Assembly (NCBI GenBank): GCA_048213135.1
Contig: PS015094.1
Coordinates: forward strand, 41,104-89,537
DNA: 48,434 nt
Direction of reading: 5' to 3'
Source: Reclinomonas americana ATCC 50394
Lineage: Eukaryota
Shown: positions 1 to 12,573 of the stretch, one piece after another
Layout of the letters: every line of letters begins with the position of its first letter
Numbering within the stretch: the stretch's first letter is position 1
Program-made: the position numbers and the translations under genes
Notes under the pieces: generated by a model
What the model was told of the DNA's origin: nothing
What the model saw: only the letters and a program-made list of their open reading frames with translations
Databases searched by the model: none

Positions 1-30
1 CAATGAACCCTCATTTCCCCCTTTCTAGAA

Positions 31-1776
31 TCATAGTTTGGCCTCGAAACGGTACGAGAAAATGTGCATGCCTGTGCGTGTGCGGGTGAGTGAGGCGAAC
101 ATAAATTGCAAAGCACGTCACGCCATCGCACCGTTGACAAAGTAAAAGTGGTGCGCGCGGTGTCGTTGCGTGCCCGAGTCTAATTGCAGATGCTGGCAGC
201 CGAGGGCCTTGCCGACGTGACGGAGCCACTGTGTGTTGGAGTGAGAGAGGAGGGGGGAAAGAGAGGAACGTGGTGGGGAACGCACGCAACATCCATCAGC
301 GCGCGACCGTGTCCGTGGCCTCGCAGGCTCTCGTCGACCACCAGGTCGTCCACGTACAGCTGGGGAAGGAGGAAAGGGAAGGGAAGGAGAATGGAGACGA
401 GAGGAAGTGGAATGGTGGAGAGCGAGGGGAGAGTGCGGGATAGAGTGCAGATTAGGCTCAAATTGAGAGAAAGATAGAGAAGCATGAATGCAGGAGCACG
501 TGTGCATGCGAGAAACTTGGGCAGAGAAAGTGAGAAATAGACACAACGAAGAGGAAAAAGAGACGAACAGCAGAAAGTGAGTAAAAGAGAAAAGAAGGGA
601 GACACGGAGAGAGACCAAGCGAGGAAGACAGAAAAGGGACAGAGAGACACTCACAGCGAGAGAGAGAGAGAGAGATAAATGAGGAGGCCAGCGAGAAAAG
701 ACGTGCAAATGGAGAGGGACAAGAGAGTGTAAACGAACAATGAGAAGGGCCCTGAGAAGACACACGAACCGATCGACCCCAGAACAGGGTGTTCATGGTG
801 CGGTACGTGGCAATGCCGACAATCTGCAGCGAGGAATGTGAGTGATATCAGGGGAGGGAGATAAGAAGGAGGAAGAGATGTCTGCACCTTGTCATCCGCG
901 CGGGCGTATGCGAAGGACCTGCAACAGAGGGATAATGGGTGAGATGGAGAAGGGAGACCAACTGCAGACACGAGAAAACATAGAGCCGGAAGGAGATGAA
1001 GGTAGAACGGGAGACACAGAGGGAGGGACAGAGAGAGGAAGAATATGATGTGCGAGAGGGAAGCGCAGAATGATTGATAGAGAACGAGAGGAGGAGAGAT
1101 GGAGGGTGGACGACAGGTGAGAATGAAGGAAGACCGGCAGAAAGATAGTGATATTGAGGGATGAACTGACACGAGTGGAAGATGGAGGGTTCCTTGTGAG
1201 AGGAGAACGAAAAGGAAACAATGCAAGACACGTGTAGAGAGCGAACCTGCGGTGACGCAAAGCTGCACAAATACAAGAAACGAGAAACATGACAAGGAGA
1301 GACACAGAAGGAGGGATTGAGAACGGGAGCAAGGGAAAGGAAGGAAGGGAGAACGACTGCAAAGTGAGCGACAAAGAGATAGAAGAGAAAGGAGGGTGGG
1401 CGTGAGGGGAGAAAAAATGGAGAATGGCAGAGAGTGAGCCTGGGGAGGTATAGAGAGACAAGACAGCGATCCGGCAATGAACAGCCAACGAGCATGACAA
1501 GGGAGACAGAGAGGAAGGGATCGAGAGACCGAGACAAGACTCTGAAGTGTGGGTGTGAGAGGAGAATGACACGAGACACATGAAATGGAGGGAAGACGAG
1601 AGAGCGAGGGCGGAGCAAAATTAGAATGGCAGAAAGTGAGACTCGAAAGATATATAGTGGAAGTGAGGGGGAGGCATCGCAATGAACCGAACCGAAGACA
1701 CGAGATAAGAAACATGACATGGAGGGAAGGTGAGATCACAGGGAGAAAGACGGAAAGAGAGACCGAGGGAAAGCGT

Positions 1777-1837
<61 letters not shown>

Positions 1838-1840
1838 GAG

Positions 1841-1871
<31 letters not shown>

Positions 1872-3097
1872 NNNNNNNNNNNNNNNNNNNNNNNNNNNNN
1901 NNNNNNNNNNNNNNNNNNNNNNNNNNNNNNNNNNNNNNNNNNNNNNNNNNNNNNNNNNNNNNNNNNNNNNNNNNNNNNNNNNNNNNNNNNNNNNNNNNNN
2001 NNNNNNNNNNNNNNNNNNNNNNNNNNNNNNNNNNNNNNNNNNNNNNNNNNNNNNNNNNNNNNNNNNNNNNNNNNNNNNNNNNNNNNNNNNNNNNNNNNNN
2101 NNNNNNNNNNNNNNNNNNNNNNNNNNNNNNNNNNNNNNNNNNNNNNNNNNNNNNNNNNNNNNNNNNNNNNNNNNNNNNNNNNNNNNNNNNNNNNNNNNNN
2201 NNNNNNNNNNNNNNNNNNNNNNNNNNNNNNNNNNNNNNNNNNNNNNNNNNNNNNNNNNNNNNNNNNNNNNNNNNNNNNNNNNNNNNNNNNNNNNNNNNNN
2301 NNNNNNNNNNNNNNNNNNNNNNNNNNNNNNNNNNNNNNNNNNNNNNNNNNNNNNNNNNNNNNNNNNNNNNNNNNNNNNNNNNNNNNNNNNNNNNNNNNNN
2401 NNNNNNNNNNNNNNNNNNNNNNNNNNNNNNNNNNNNNNNNNNNNNNNNNNNNNNNNNNNNNNNNNNNNNNNNNNNNNNNNNNNNNNNNNNNNNNNNNNNN
2501 NNNNNNNNNNNNNNNNNNNNNNNNNNNNNNNNNNNNNNNNNNNNNNNNNNNNNNNNNNNNNNNNNNNNNNNNNNNNNNNNNNNNNNNNNNNNNNNNNNNN
2601 NNNNNNNNNNNNNNNNNNNNNNNNNNNNNNNNNNNNNNNNNNNNNNNNNNNNNNNNNNNNNNNNNNNNNNNNNNNNNNNNNNNNNNNNNNNNNNNNNNNN
2701 NNNNNNNNNNNNNNNNNNNNNNNNNNNNNNNNNNNNNNNNNNNNNNNNNNNNNNNNNNNNNNNNNNNNNNNNNNNNNNNNNNNNNNNNNNNNNNNNNNNN
2801 NNNNNNNNNNNNNNNNNNNNNNNNNNNNNNNNNNNNNNNNNNNNNNNNACACACAGAGAGAAAGAGAGAGACAGACGCAACCTCTTGCGCGCTCTTCAAC
2901 TGCGGTCGCAGCTGCTGCAGCAGTGGGAAGCACTCGCGCAGCTCATCGTCTGAGCATCGAGTCAGCAACCATATACTGACTGTGTGTCATGCGCTATGAC
3001 ACACACCTGTCTTGGCCACGCGAATGACCAGTGTGGAGAGCGGGCGTGTGTCAATCGCTGCAGTGGTGCGCACGGGAGGCTGTGGTGCAGAGTTCAT
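31..3097 (-). CDS. GNAT-family N-acetyltransferase (bacterial-type); at least 7 exons, one probably hidden in the N gap
   Basis: Exons 3097-3007, 2949-2882, [gap], 918-888, 823-770, 359-291, 228-132 and 71-31 splice via GT-AG. They give ...IRVAKTDDELRECFPLLQQLRPQL...IVGIATYRTMNTLFWGRSLYVDDLVVDESLRGHGHGRALMDWLRHVGKALGCQHLQLDSGTQRHRAHHFYFVNGMHIFSYRFEAKL*. This contains the acetyl-CoA motif A (RGHGHG) and the AHxFY motif B. Confidence 0.85.
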
Positions 3098-3795
3098 CTC
3101 ACAGATAAGACAGCAACGAAAGTTACGGGACACGCGTTGCCACTGTTGTTCCGTCCACCTTGCAGCTTTGCAGAACCACTCTCTGAGAGCACAGGAAGAA
3201 GCACTCATTCGTAATACACGCTGCAAAAACTGCGGATGATGATCTGCATCGCTTTTCGAATTCACCTTCAGATCGAATTCGAACCGCAGCGATCGCGATC
3301 GCTCGAGATACACTACTTGGAAAGGCGTACAGTATTCAGCTACTTGCAGTTCGAAGAAGGTGACATGCCAGTTGCCGATCGGTCCGTGCTGGCCATGGCC
3401 GCTACGACAAAGCCGGCACGCGTACGTCGACGAGAGGGAGCATCGAAAACGCGCGCGCGCTGTGCATGGATGAGGTGAGTGACAGCGCAACAACACTAGT
3501 ACTGCACAGCAAGTCGGTGCGAGTACCGTGAGCATCGGTGAGTGCGCAATCGGCGTTCCACAACTGCACTCGTGCGTCCTCCGACGCAATCCTGCTGAGA
3601 ACTGGTCCGAAAATTCACTATCGATCCACTAGAATGTACTGTACATTATATTCCCCGCACTGCGAGCTCGAGAACGCGGACATACACTCTCGCGCTTCTG
3701 CGGCTCTCATTGTACATCGCCACTTCAAGTCGGTGATGTACTTGAGGTCACTGATGAAGCACAGTGAGAGTGTTGTCGCCGGAGGATCGTTCCAC

Positions 3796-5122
3796 ATGCA
3801 GCACGCGTACGCATTTGTTCCACTGGTGAGTGTGAGAAATTTAAACAGGCACACGCACACACACGCACAGAATGGGAAGAGAGAGAGAGAGAAGGAGAGA
3901 GAGAGACACTCACACACACACACAGCGTCACGATGACCTCTCGAGCACTGCACTAATATCCCGTGCATCCGTCTTGCATTGTTGATCGAATCCGGAGAAA
4001 CTGATGCTTGTGCGTCTCCGTTTCTGCTGCGTGTTTGTGCAGTTGGGAGGAGCGCCTGCTGGTGGTAGTCGACCGTCAGCTGCTGCGGCTCTCTTGTCCA
4101 TGCGAGCTGGTGGGCGTGCTGGTGGTGTGACGTATGCATCGCAGTTGCGGTTGCCGCGCTTGCCTGTGCCGCCGCTGCGCGACACTCTTGCACGCTACCT
4201 GCGCTCTGTGGAGCCCCTGCTGACACCTGAAGAGTTTGCACGGACCAAGGTACGTGCGTGCAGACACAACTGGCGAACAATCGTCGTTTCTCTCGAGCTC
4301 CACCACTGTCTCTGTTCTTGACGGTTTTGCATCTCTTACCGTCGCGCTGGTCGCAGAGTTTGCATCACAGTGTGTCACCCCCTGTTGTCGATCGCTGTGC
4401 CTCATGTGTGTGCTCTTTTTCTCTGTTATTTATCATCCACCTCGTTCGGTCGCTCTTTTCGTCAGTGTTTTTTGCGTTGCGCTGCTTCTGACCAGTGTTG
4501 TCACCCCGCATCATGCCGTTAGTCGCATGGTTTACCACTTCAGCGTCACACTGTGTCTTTGCCAATCGCTGTGCCTCCTGTGTATGCTCTTCTTCTCTGA
4601 TATGTATCATCCGACATTCTCTTCGTCGACGTCTCATCCCTTCACCGTTGCAAGCATTCTCACCCCGCGTCATGTCATTGTTCTTCGGTCTTCTATATCT
4701 GAGCAGTCTGTGGTGACTGAGTTCGGCAAGGCTGGCGGCGTCGGCGAACGCCTGGATGGCAAACTGCGCGAGTACACGGAGCGCAAATGCGATGGCAACT
4801 GGCTGGAGGTTCTGCCGCCGCACGCACTTGACTTCAATGCCGTGCAAAAGTCTGAGCTCACTGTTCTCAACAGTTGTGGCGGGACTGGTGGTTCGACTAT
4901 TACCTGTACATCCGCGATGCCAACCCCAACAATGTCAACTATCATTTTGGCTTCCGCAACGATGCCGGAGCCAAAGATCAGGTCTGTTTCCGGAGCCTCT
5001 GAACGTCCCATCGATATCTGCATTTCTCGACGCATACCTCACGTACACTGTCGTGGCAGGCGCAACGCGTGGCCCGTCTCGTCACCTCCGTGCTCAAGTT
5101 CAAGCGCATGCTTGACACGTTG

Positions 5123-5165
<43 letters not shown>

Positions 5166-6870
5166 TCTCTTTCTTTCTCTCTCTCTACTCACCTTTCTCT
5201 GCATTTCCCACTCGGCTCACTTGTGTGCACCACCCTCAGCGAGACTCTGCCGCCCGACAGGATTCGCGACAAGCCGATTGACATGACGCAGTTCCCCTAC
5301 ATCTTATCGACTTGCCGTATTCCGCACAAGAAACGCGACAGCGTGGAGGTCTACGAGGGCTCGCGCCACATTGTGGTGGCCCACCGCAACCACTTTTACT
5401 CTGTGGATGTCATCCACAAGGACGGTACTCACGCCACCACTGGCGCAATAGAAGCGTTGCGTGTTCTCAGCAGTCTCGTTCTTTTTTGCACTTGTCTCTT
5501 GATCTGATAATCGCGTGCCATGCAGTTCGATTCGCGCACTGGTGACGTCGACCCCAGCCGAGCGCGGCCCGGCTGTCGGCGCTCTGACTGCGTCGGAGCG
5601 TGATTTCTTTGCGGCTGCATACCAGCGCTTGCTGCCGGAGAATCGGCAGTCGCTGGATCGCATCCATCGTGCGATATTGGTGGTGTGTTTGGAGGAGAAG
5701 GAGCCGGCCGACATCCACGAGTGGTCGCACATACTGCAGCATGGCGACGGCCAGAACCGTTGGTTCGATAAGCTTCAGCTGATCGTGTCTCCGTCGGGCC
5801 AGGCCGGTGTCAACATGGAACACTCGAGCGTCGACGGTCACACCCTGTTGAGCTTTTCCAATTTTATCGTCGCCGACAGGTTCGCTGCGCAGAACGAGAT
5901 CGCGCGATGCTGGCGCTGTATTCACACAAGCGCTTGTTCTTCTTCTTCTTCGCACAGCGAGAAGATTGCTAGCACCGGCACCGCTGCTTCGTCGTCGACA
6001 TTGGTGGCGTATGAGCGCCTGCCGTGGAAGCTCAGTTCGGAGAACTTGGCCGACATTGAAAACGGCTGCCGCCAGATCGAGTCGGCGAATCGCGAGGTCC
6101 GTGCTTGCTCAACGTATCGCCAAGTATGTGTGCTCGCTTATTCACTTGTGCTTATGCAGATGGAGGTCCACCTGCTACGTTTCACCGACTTTGGCAAGAG
6201 CACCATTGTCAAGTGGAATCTGAGTCCGGATGCATTTGCGCAAATGGCCATGCAACTGACCTTTTACAGGCATTTCGGTCGTTCGTTTACCACCGACGAG
6301 TCGTGCAACATGCGAAGGAACTTGCGTGGTCGGCTGGAGAGCATTCGCCCGCTGACAACGGAATCGGTGGCCTTTTGCAAGGCTTTCGAGGATCCGTCGC
6401 TGACCGCGCAGCAAAAGGCTCAGCACCTGCGCACGGCGTGTGCGCGCCACCACGAGAACACACGCTTGGCCATTGCCGGCCAAGGCATCGATCGCCACCT
6501 GCAGGGCATGCTCAAGATCGCCGAGCAGGAGGGCATCGAGACGCCTGCGTTGTACCGCGATCCGGCCTACACCATGATGTTCACCTTTCTGCTGTCGACC
6601 AGCCACATCGGCAGCCCCAATCTCACCATGTTTGGCTTTGGTTTGTCGCCACTCTCTGCAGCACAATGGGCACGCCGCTTACCCTCACTTCTACGCTCTG
6701 CAGGACCGGTGCACGAGCGCTGCATCGGCTCAGGTTACTCGGTGCGCGACCACGACATGGTCTTCAACATATCGTCCAAGTGGCTCGGCAGCCGTGTGTT
6801 TGCGCAGCTGTTGGCCGACACACTGCGCGAGATGCGCGCAGTGATTGAGTCGGCAGGAGGAGAAGAGTAA
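3796..6870 (+). CDS. Choline/carnitine O-acyltransferase, about 620 aa, 10 exons
   Basis: Exons 3796-3825, 4043-4249, 4707-4808, 4874-4981, 5060-5118, 5240-5455, 5526-5879, 5958-6096, 6160-6640 and 6704-6870 total 1863 nt in frame. Motifs: LPRLPVPPLRDTLARYL, NRWFDK, catalytic His in EHSSVDG, SPDAFAQMAMQL, GQGIDRHL and LSTS. The first exon/start is less certain. Confidence 0.93.
4391..4680. repeat. Degenerate ~175-bp tandem duplication inside an acyltransferase intron
   Basis: atcgctgtgcctc..tgtgt.tgctct...tctctg.tat.tatcatcc occurs at ~4391 and ~4566. Confidence 0.6.
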
Positions 6871-6899
6871 TAATGTATTGAAGAAGATGGGCATTGAGA

Positions 6900-8400
6900 G
6901 GAAAGGGGACGGTGACTGCTCGAGAAAGAAGGGGAGGGTGACTGCTCGAGAAAGAAGGGGAGAGTGATTGCTGGAGAGAAGGGGAGTGATTGCTAGAGAA
7001 AGAAGGGGAGAGTGATTGCTAGAGAGAGGAGGGGAGAGTGATTGCTGGAGAACGAAGGAGAGTGACTGCTGGAGAAGAAGGAGATGGTGACTGCTGGAGA
7101 GAGAAAGAATGGGAGAGTGACTGTTAGAAAGAAGGGGAGAGTGACTGCTGGAGAGAGAAGGGGAGAGTGCTGAGAAAGAAGGGGAGAGTGACTGCTGGAG
7201 AAAGAAGGGGAAGTGATTGCTGGAGAAGAAGGGGAAAGTGACTGCTGGAGAGAGAAGGGGAGAGTAACTGCTGAAGAGAGAAGGGGAGAGTGACAGCTGG
7301 AGAGAGAAAAAGAGAGTGACTGTTAGAGAAAGAAGGGGAAAGTGACTGCTGGAGAAAGAAGGGGAGAGTGACCGCTGGTGAACGAAAGAGAGTGACAGAG
7401 AAAGAAGGGGAGGGTGAGTGCTGGGGAAAGAAGGGGAGAGTGACTGCTGGAGAGAGAAGGGGAGAGTGATTGCTAGAGAGAGACAGAAGGGGACGGTGAC
7501 TGCTGGAGGAAGAAGGGAGAGTGGCTGCTAAAGAAATTAGGGAAGAGTGAGTGCTGGAGTAAGAAGAGGAGAGTGACTGCTCGAGAAAGAAGGGGATGGT
7601 GAGTGCTAGAGAGAAGGGAGAGTGACAGCTGGAGAAAGAAGGGGAGAGTGACAGCTGGAGAACGAAGGAGAGTGACAGTTAGAGAGAGAAGGGGAGAGTG
7701 ATGCTGGAGACAGAAGGGAGAGTGACTGCTGAAGAAATTAGAGAAGAGTGACAGCTGGAGAGAAGGGCAGAGAGAGTGCTGGAGAAAGAAGGGGAGAGAG
7801 AGTGCTGGGGAAAGAAGTGGAGGGTGACTGCTGGGGAGAAGTGGAGAGTGGCTGTTAGAGAAAGAAAGAAGGGGAGAGTGACTGCTAGAGAGAGAAGGGG
7901 AAAGTGACAGCTGGAGAGAGAAGGGGAGAGTGAGTGCTTGAGAAGGCGGGGAGAGTGATTGCTAGAGAGAGACAGAAGGGGAGAGTGGCTGTCAGAGAAA
8001 GAAGGGGAAAGTGATTGCTGGAGAGAGAAGGGGAGAGAGAGTGCTGGAGAAAGAAGAGGGGAGTGACGCCTGGAGAAAGAAGGGGAGAGTGACAGCTGGA
8101 GAGAAGGGAAGAGTGACTGCTGGAGAAAGAAGAGGGGAGTGACGCCTGGAGAAAGAAGGGGAGAGTGACAGCTGGAGAGAAGGGAAGAGTGACTGCTGGA
8201 GAAAGAACGGGAGAGTGACAGCTGAGAAAGAAGGGGAGAGTGACAGCTGGAGAGAGAACGGGAGAGTGACAGCTGAGAAAGAAGGGGAAAGTGACAGCTG
8301 GGGAGAAGGGAGAGTGACTGCTAGCGAGAAAGAAGTGGAGAGTAACTGCTGGAGAAAGAAGCGGAGAGTGAGTGCTCGAGAAAGAAGGGGAGAGTGATTG
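6900..8400. repeat. Purine-rich minisatellite, ~26-27-bp unit (GGAGAGTGACTGCTGGAGAAAGAAGG), ~1.5 kb
   Basis: Directly visible degenerate tandem array starting ~30 bp after the acyltransferase stop codon. Confidence 0.92.
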
Positions 8401-9343
8401 CTCTTTCGATGCCTCTCAACGATCCTCATGTCTCAGCCACGACTTTCTCCTCCTGTTCTCTCTGATATCTGCGTTATATTACCCTTTCCCACATCCCTCG
8501 TACCCAAAATATCCATCACATATCTTCCCACCCTTCATTCACATCTCAATTCCCCATCTTCTTCTTCTTCTTCCACCCGCGACCTTTTCGTTAGCCGCAA
8601 GCGATTCAAGAATCAAAGGGGAAAAAACACAAGAGAGAAAAGAGGCAAGATCATGGACAAATACACACACATTCATGGGCTTTCCAAAAAGCAACGTATT
8701 AACTAACNNNNNNNNNNNNNNNNNNNNNNNNNNNNNNNNNNNNNNNNNNNNNNNNNNNNNNNNNNNNNNNNNNNNNNNNNNNNNNNNNNNNNNNNNNNNN
8801 NNNNNNNNNNNNNNNNNNNNNNNNNNNNNNNNNNNNNNNNNNNNNNNNNNNNNNNNNNNNNNNNNNNNNNNNNNNNNNNNNNNNNNNNNNNNNNNNNNNN
8901 NNNNNNNNNNNNNNNNNNNNNNNNNNNNNNNNNNNNNNNNNNNNNNNNNNNNNNNNNNNNNNNNNNNNNNNNNNNNNNNNNNNNNNNNNNNNNNNNNNNN
9001 NNNNNNNNNNNNNNNNNNNNNNNNNNNNNNNNNNNNNNNNNNNNNNNNNNNNNNNNNNNNNNNNNNNNNNNNNNNNNNNNNNNNNNNNNNNNNNNNNNNN
9101 NNNNNNNNNNNNNNNNNNNNNNNNNNNNNNNNNNNNNNNNNNNNNNNNNNNNNNNNNNNNNNNNNNNNNNNNNNNNNNNNNNNNNNNNNNNNNNNNNNNN
9201 NNNNNNNNNNNNNNNNNNNNNNNNNNNNNNNNNNNNNNNNNNNNNNNNNNNNNNNNNNNNNNNNNNNNNNNNNNNNNNNNNNNNNNNNNNNNNNNNNNNN
9301 NNNNNNNNNNNNNNNNNNNNNNNNNNNNNNNNNNNNNNNNNNT

Positions 9344-9433
9344 TGCGACTCGGCGGCGCCTGCCTCGGGTGCCTCGCCGAAGACGTCGCCGCGCCGTCGT
9401 CTCGACATTTTCAAGAGCATTGCGCCGCTCTAG
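9344..9433 (+). CDS. C-terminal fragment of a Tis11/TTP-family protein (CNOT1-binding-like motif) on a probably inverted contig
   Basis: Reads CDSAAPASGASPKTSPRRRLDIFKSIAPL*. RLDIFKSI resembles the TTP C-terminal RLPIFNRIS motif. It is followed by T/GT-rich 3'UTR-like sequence and flanked by N gaps. Confidence 0.7.
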   Translation, partial: CDSAAPASGASPKTSPRRRLDIFKSIAPL

Positions 9434-10058
9434 GCTCGCGCTGCTGGTGGTGGTGGTGGTGGTATCGTTAGTGATCACTTTTCTTTCCTTTTGTGTTGGG
9501 TTGGTGGTGGCTGAGGGAAGGGAAGGGTTGGGTGGCGGTGGCGGTGCCCTGTGCATATCTTTTTGTAGGAGTTGCACTGCCCCCCGTTCTCTCTCTCTCT
9601 TTCCTCTCTGCTTCACCTCTTATTACTACTATTCAAGTGAGTGTTTTGCTGTGTGTGTGTGTGTGTTAGTTGGTGCATTTCTCTCTCCGTCGGGAGAAGA
9701 AAACTCCACGCAATCGTTATGTTGAGTTGCTTGTGTGAGTTGTTTATGTATCTCGTCGACGGGAATCTCTCTCTTTCTCTCTCCTCCTCTCTCGTGTGCG
9801 GCTGCACCACTTTGTTGCCGCCTCGTGTAGTTGTACGTTTGTTTGTGTTTGTGTCTAGTGTCCATGTTTGTAGTTGATGCGAAAAAATTGCGAAAAACCC
9901 CCACAATTATCTCGGTTCTGTATCGTCGTATGTGTTGTTTGTTTTGGTGTTGCTGTGTGTTGCTGTGTTGTGTTTTGCCTCGGTGTGTGTGTGTGNNNNN
10001 NNNNNNNNNNNNNNNNNNNNNNNNNNNNNNNNNNNNNNNNNNNNNNNNNNNNNNNNNN

Positions 10059-12573
10059 TTCACCACACCCGCCACATCGTCGGCCAGCGGAGCAGCGGGG
10101 ACAGGCGTGCTCGTCGCCTGCGGCTGAACACCGTCCGCATCCGTCACCACACGGTCGCGATCGCAACGCGTCATGCCCTCTGCGTCGAGCATCTGCAGCA
10201 GCGCATCGCTGTCGGTCTGCTCGTCGTCCTCCTCGTCAAAGTCGAGCGTGCTGCTGCTGCCGCTCATTGCTCCGCCGCGGTGCAGGGACGTGGGAAGCAC
10301 CGCCGGCATGGCGGGATCCATCATCATCATGCCGGCGTCGGCGAGCGGTGTGGCCACCGAGGCCATGAATGCTGCCAGCGACATGCTCAGTGCGGGATTC
10401 GGCTGCTGCTGCTGCTGCTGCGCATAGTGGTACACGGGCGATGCCGCAGCCGGCGGCGGCGCCGCAAAGTGCACCGTGGGCGACGAGTGCGCCTGCTGCT
10501 GCTGTTGCTGCTGCTGAGGGGGCGACGAAGGTGTCGAGGCCGGCGGCGACGACATCGGGCTCGGCATGTACGCCTGGAATTGCTGCTGCTGCGGCAACGG
10601 CATTGGCGGCTGCATCAGCGGCTGCTCGTCGGCGTGCAGGAAGAAGCAGCGGGCGCCAAACGGGCACATGCCGTGCTCGAAAAAGTACGTGCAGCGACGC
10701 GTCTTGTAGCCGGCCGGCTTGGGCTGCGAGCGCAGCTCGCCGGGCCCGTGCGCAAAGCGGCATCGCTCGCCGTACATGCAGTTGCCGGTGCGCGCAAACT
10801 GGCGGCACAGCTCCGTCTTGTAGAGTTGGGCGGGGATGGCGCGGAGGCCGACGCCGCCAATCATGCCGTCGCTGGAGACGGTGTGGCCGCTGTCGGAGGA
10901 GGCGTCGGTGAGGCTGCCGGTGGGTTGTTGTTGGTAGCCGGTGAAGGGGGGTGGGAGGACCATTTGGGAGCGGGAGCGCTGCAAAGGGGAAGGGAGGGGG
11001 AAGGTGAGATGGGGGAAGGAGGATAAGGGAAAGGGGGGGAAGGGGGAGGGAGGGAGGGAAGGGGGGGAGGGAGGGAGGGAGGGAGGGAGAGTAGCGTGCA
11101 AGAAGAGACGCGATACGAGAGCGGAGCACAAGAGAAGGAAGATAACAGCACACAAGAGAGAGAGAGGGGAGTCAACAGTGGAGGGATGGAGGAACACCAT
11201 GCCAGCCGATGCAAAGAGATGGACAAGGTGGGAAAGTGGACCAAATACGTGGCACGACGAGGGAAACGGACGAAGAGATCATGAGGAATATAGGGAGGGC
11301 GATATGAGAGAGAGAGAGAGAGGGAGAGTGAGCAGAAACACAGGAGAGCCATGCAAGGAAGATCACCCGTGATGAACATAGACAGGACGAAAGGCGCGCA
11401 CGGGAAAACTCCTGCCTACAAACGCGGCTTACACTCTCTTCCCTCCTCTCAGTCTCTCCCCCTGTTCCCGCTGCCGACTCACGAAACGCACAGCACAATC
11501 AACAGATAGACAGATAGGACACAATACACAACCAGGTCGTCTTTCGACAAAGAACAAGACACAGTTGACGAACAATGCACACAGTCAAACACACAAGAGA
11601 GAGAGAGAGAGAGAGAGACAGACACGCGAGGGGGAGGAGAGAGTGAGTGCGAGCAGACAGAGAAAAACAGACAAAGATTTCCCGCTGTTATGTCTGCGAA
11701 TGATGTCGAACACGCATCACACAAAGAAGGTGCAGTGTGATGCACACTCACACACACACAGCGAGTATGAGCGAGTGAGTGAGGAACGAGAGAGAGCCGA
11801 TCAGACATGAAATAAAAAGGAAAAGAAGAACTGCGAAATGCCACAGAGTCGCTCTTCAACGTCTAACTGAGGAAGATGCACCCCGGGAGAGAGAGAGAGA
11901 CACACACACACACACAGAGGCAGAGAGAGAGAGAGTGCGTGTGTCTGAGAGAGAGCGCACGTCGGGCACAAGGGACAAAACAGCGAGTCGCTCACACTAA
12001 AACCACCCCTGTCTCACTGGCTTGACTGCTCACACACATACACACAAACACACACACACACACACGCATAACAAGACGCAACATAGCGACTCTGATGCGC
12101 GGCAGGAGGCGCGCCACTGATCACCGGCATGTCACTCACAAACATGACCCCTTGCTGCTGCTGCTGCTGCTGCACGCCCACTGATGCAACAGGCGACGCT
12201 TGCTGCTGCTGCTGCTGCTGCTGAGTCACCGCCGCCTGTTGAAGCACCTAAACACACAAAGAAAAAGTAAGCGCGCAATGTTCACACACTTTCTGCGCGC
12301 GTTGTTGTGTGCGTGTGCGTGTGTGTGTGTATGCGCAACTGGGAGACACAGTGACGCGGAGCGACGCGGCACGTACGACGGTGGCGAGGCAGGTGGCGTT
12401 GTTGTTGATGACATGGCCGACGACGACGGGCCCACTGTCGAGTGTTGTTGCGCTGGTGATGACGTGGCGCTCTTGTGCTGTTGCTGTTGCGGTTGTTGTG
12501 GTCTCATGTACGCGTAGTACTGCTGTTGTTGGTAGAAGGCGTTGGCAGTTGCAAAGTTATCAATCGCGTCCAT
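10059..12573 (-). CDS. Tis11/tristetraprolin-family tandem CCCH zinc-finger RNA-binding protein (3' end runs into gap)
   Basis: Exons 12573-12340, 12247-12083 and 10978-10059 join in phase 0. Fingers are [25 protein letters not shown] and [25 protein letters not shown], with poly-Q/Pro-rich flanks. Confidence 0.92.

Noticed and set aside
651-2979. Long ORFs rich in ER/SL/X here and at other gaps and (AG)n/(CT)n tracts
   Set aside because: These are artefacts of microsatellites and N runs.
5880-5957. Apparent GA- or AT-donor intron or retained insert in the acyltransferase
   Set aside because: The canonical AG|GTTCGC donor at 5880 fits the phase.
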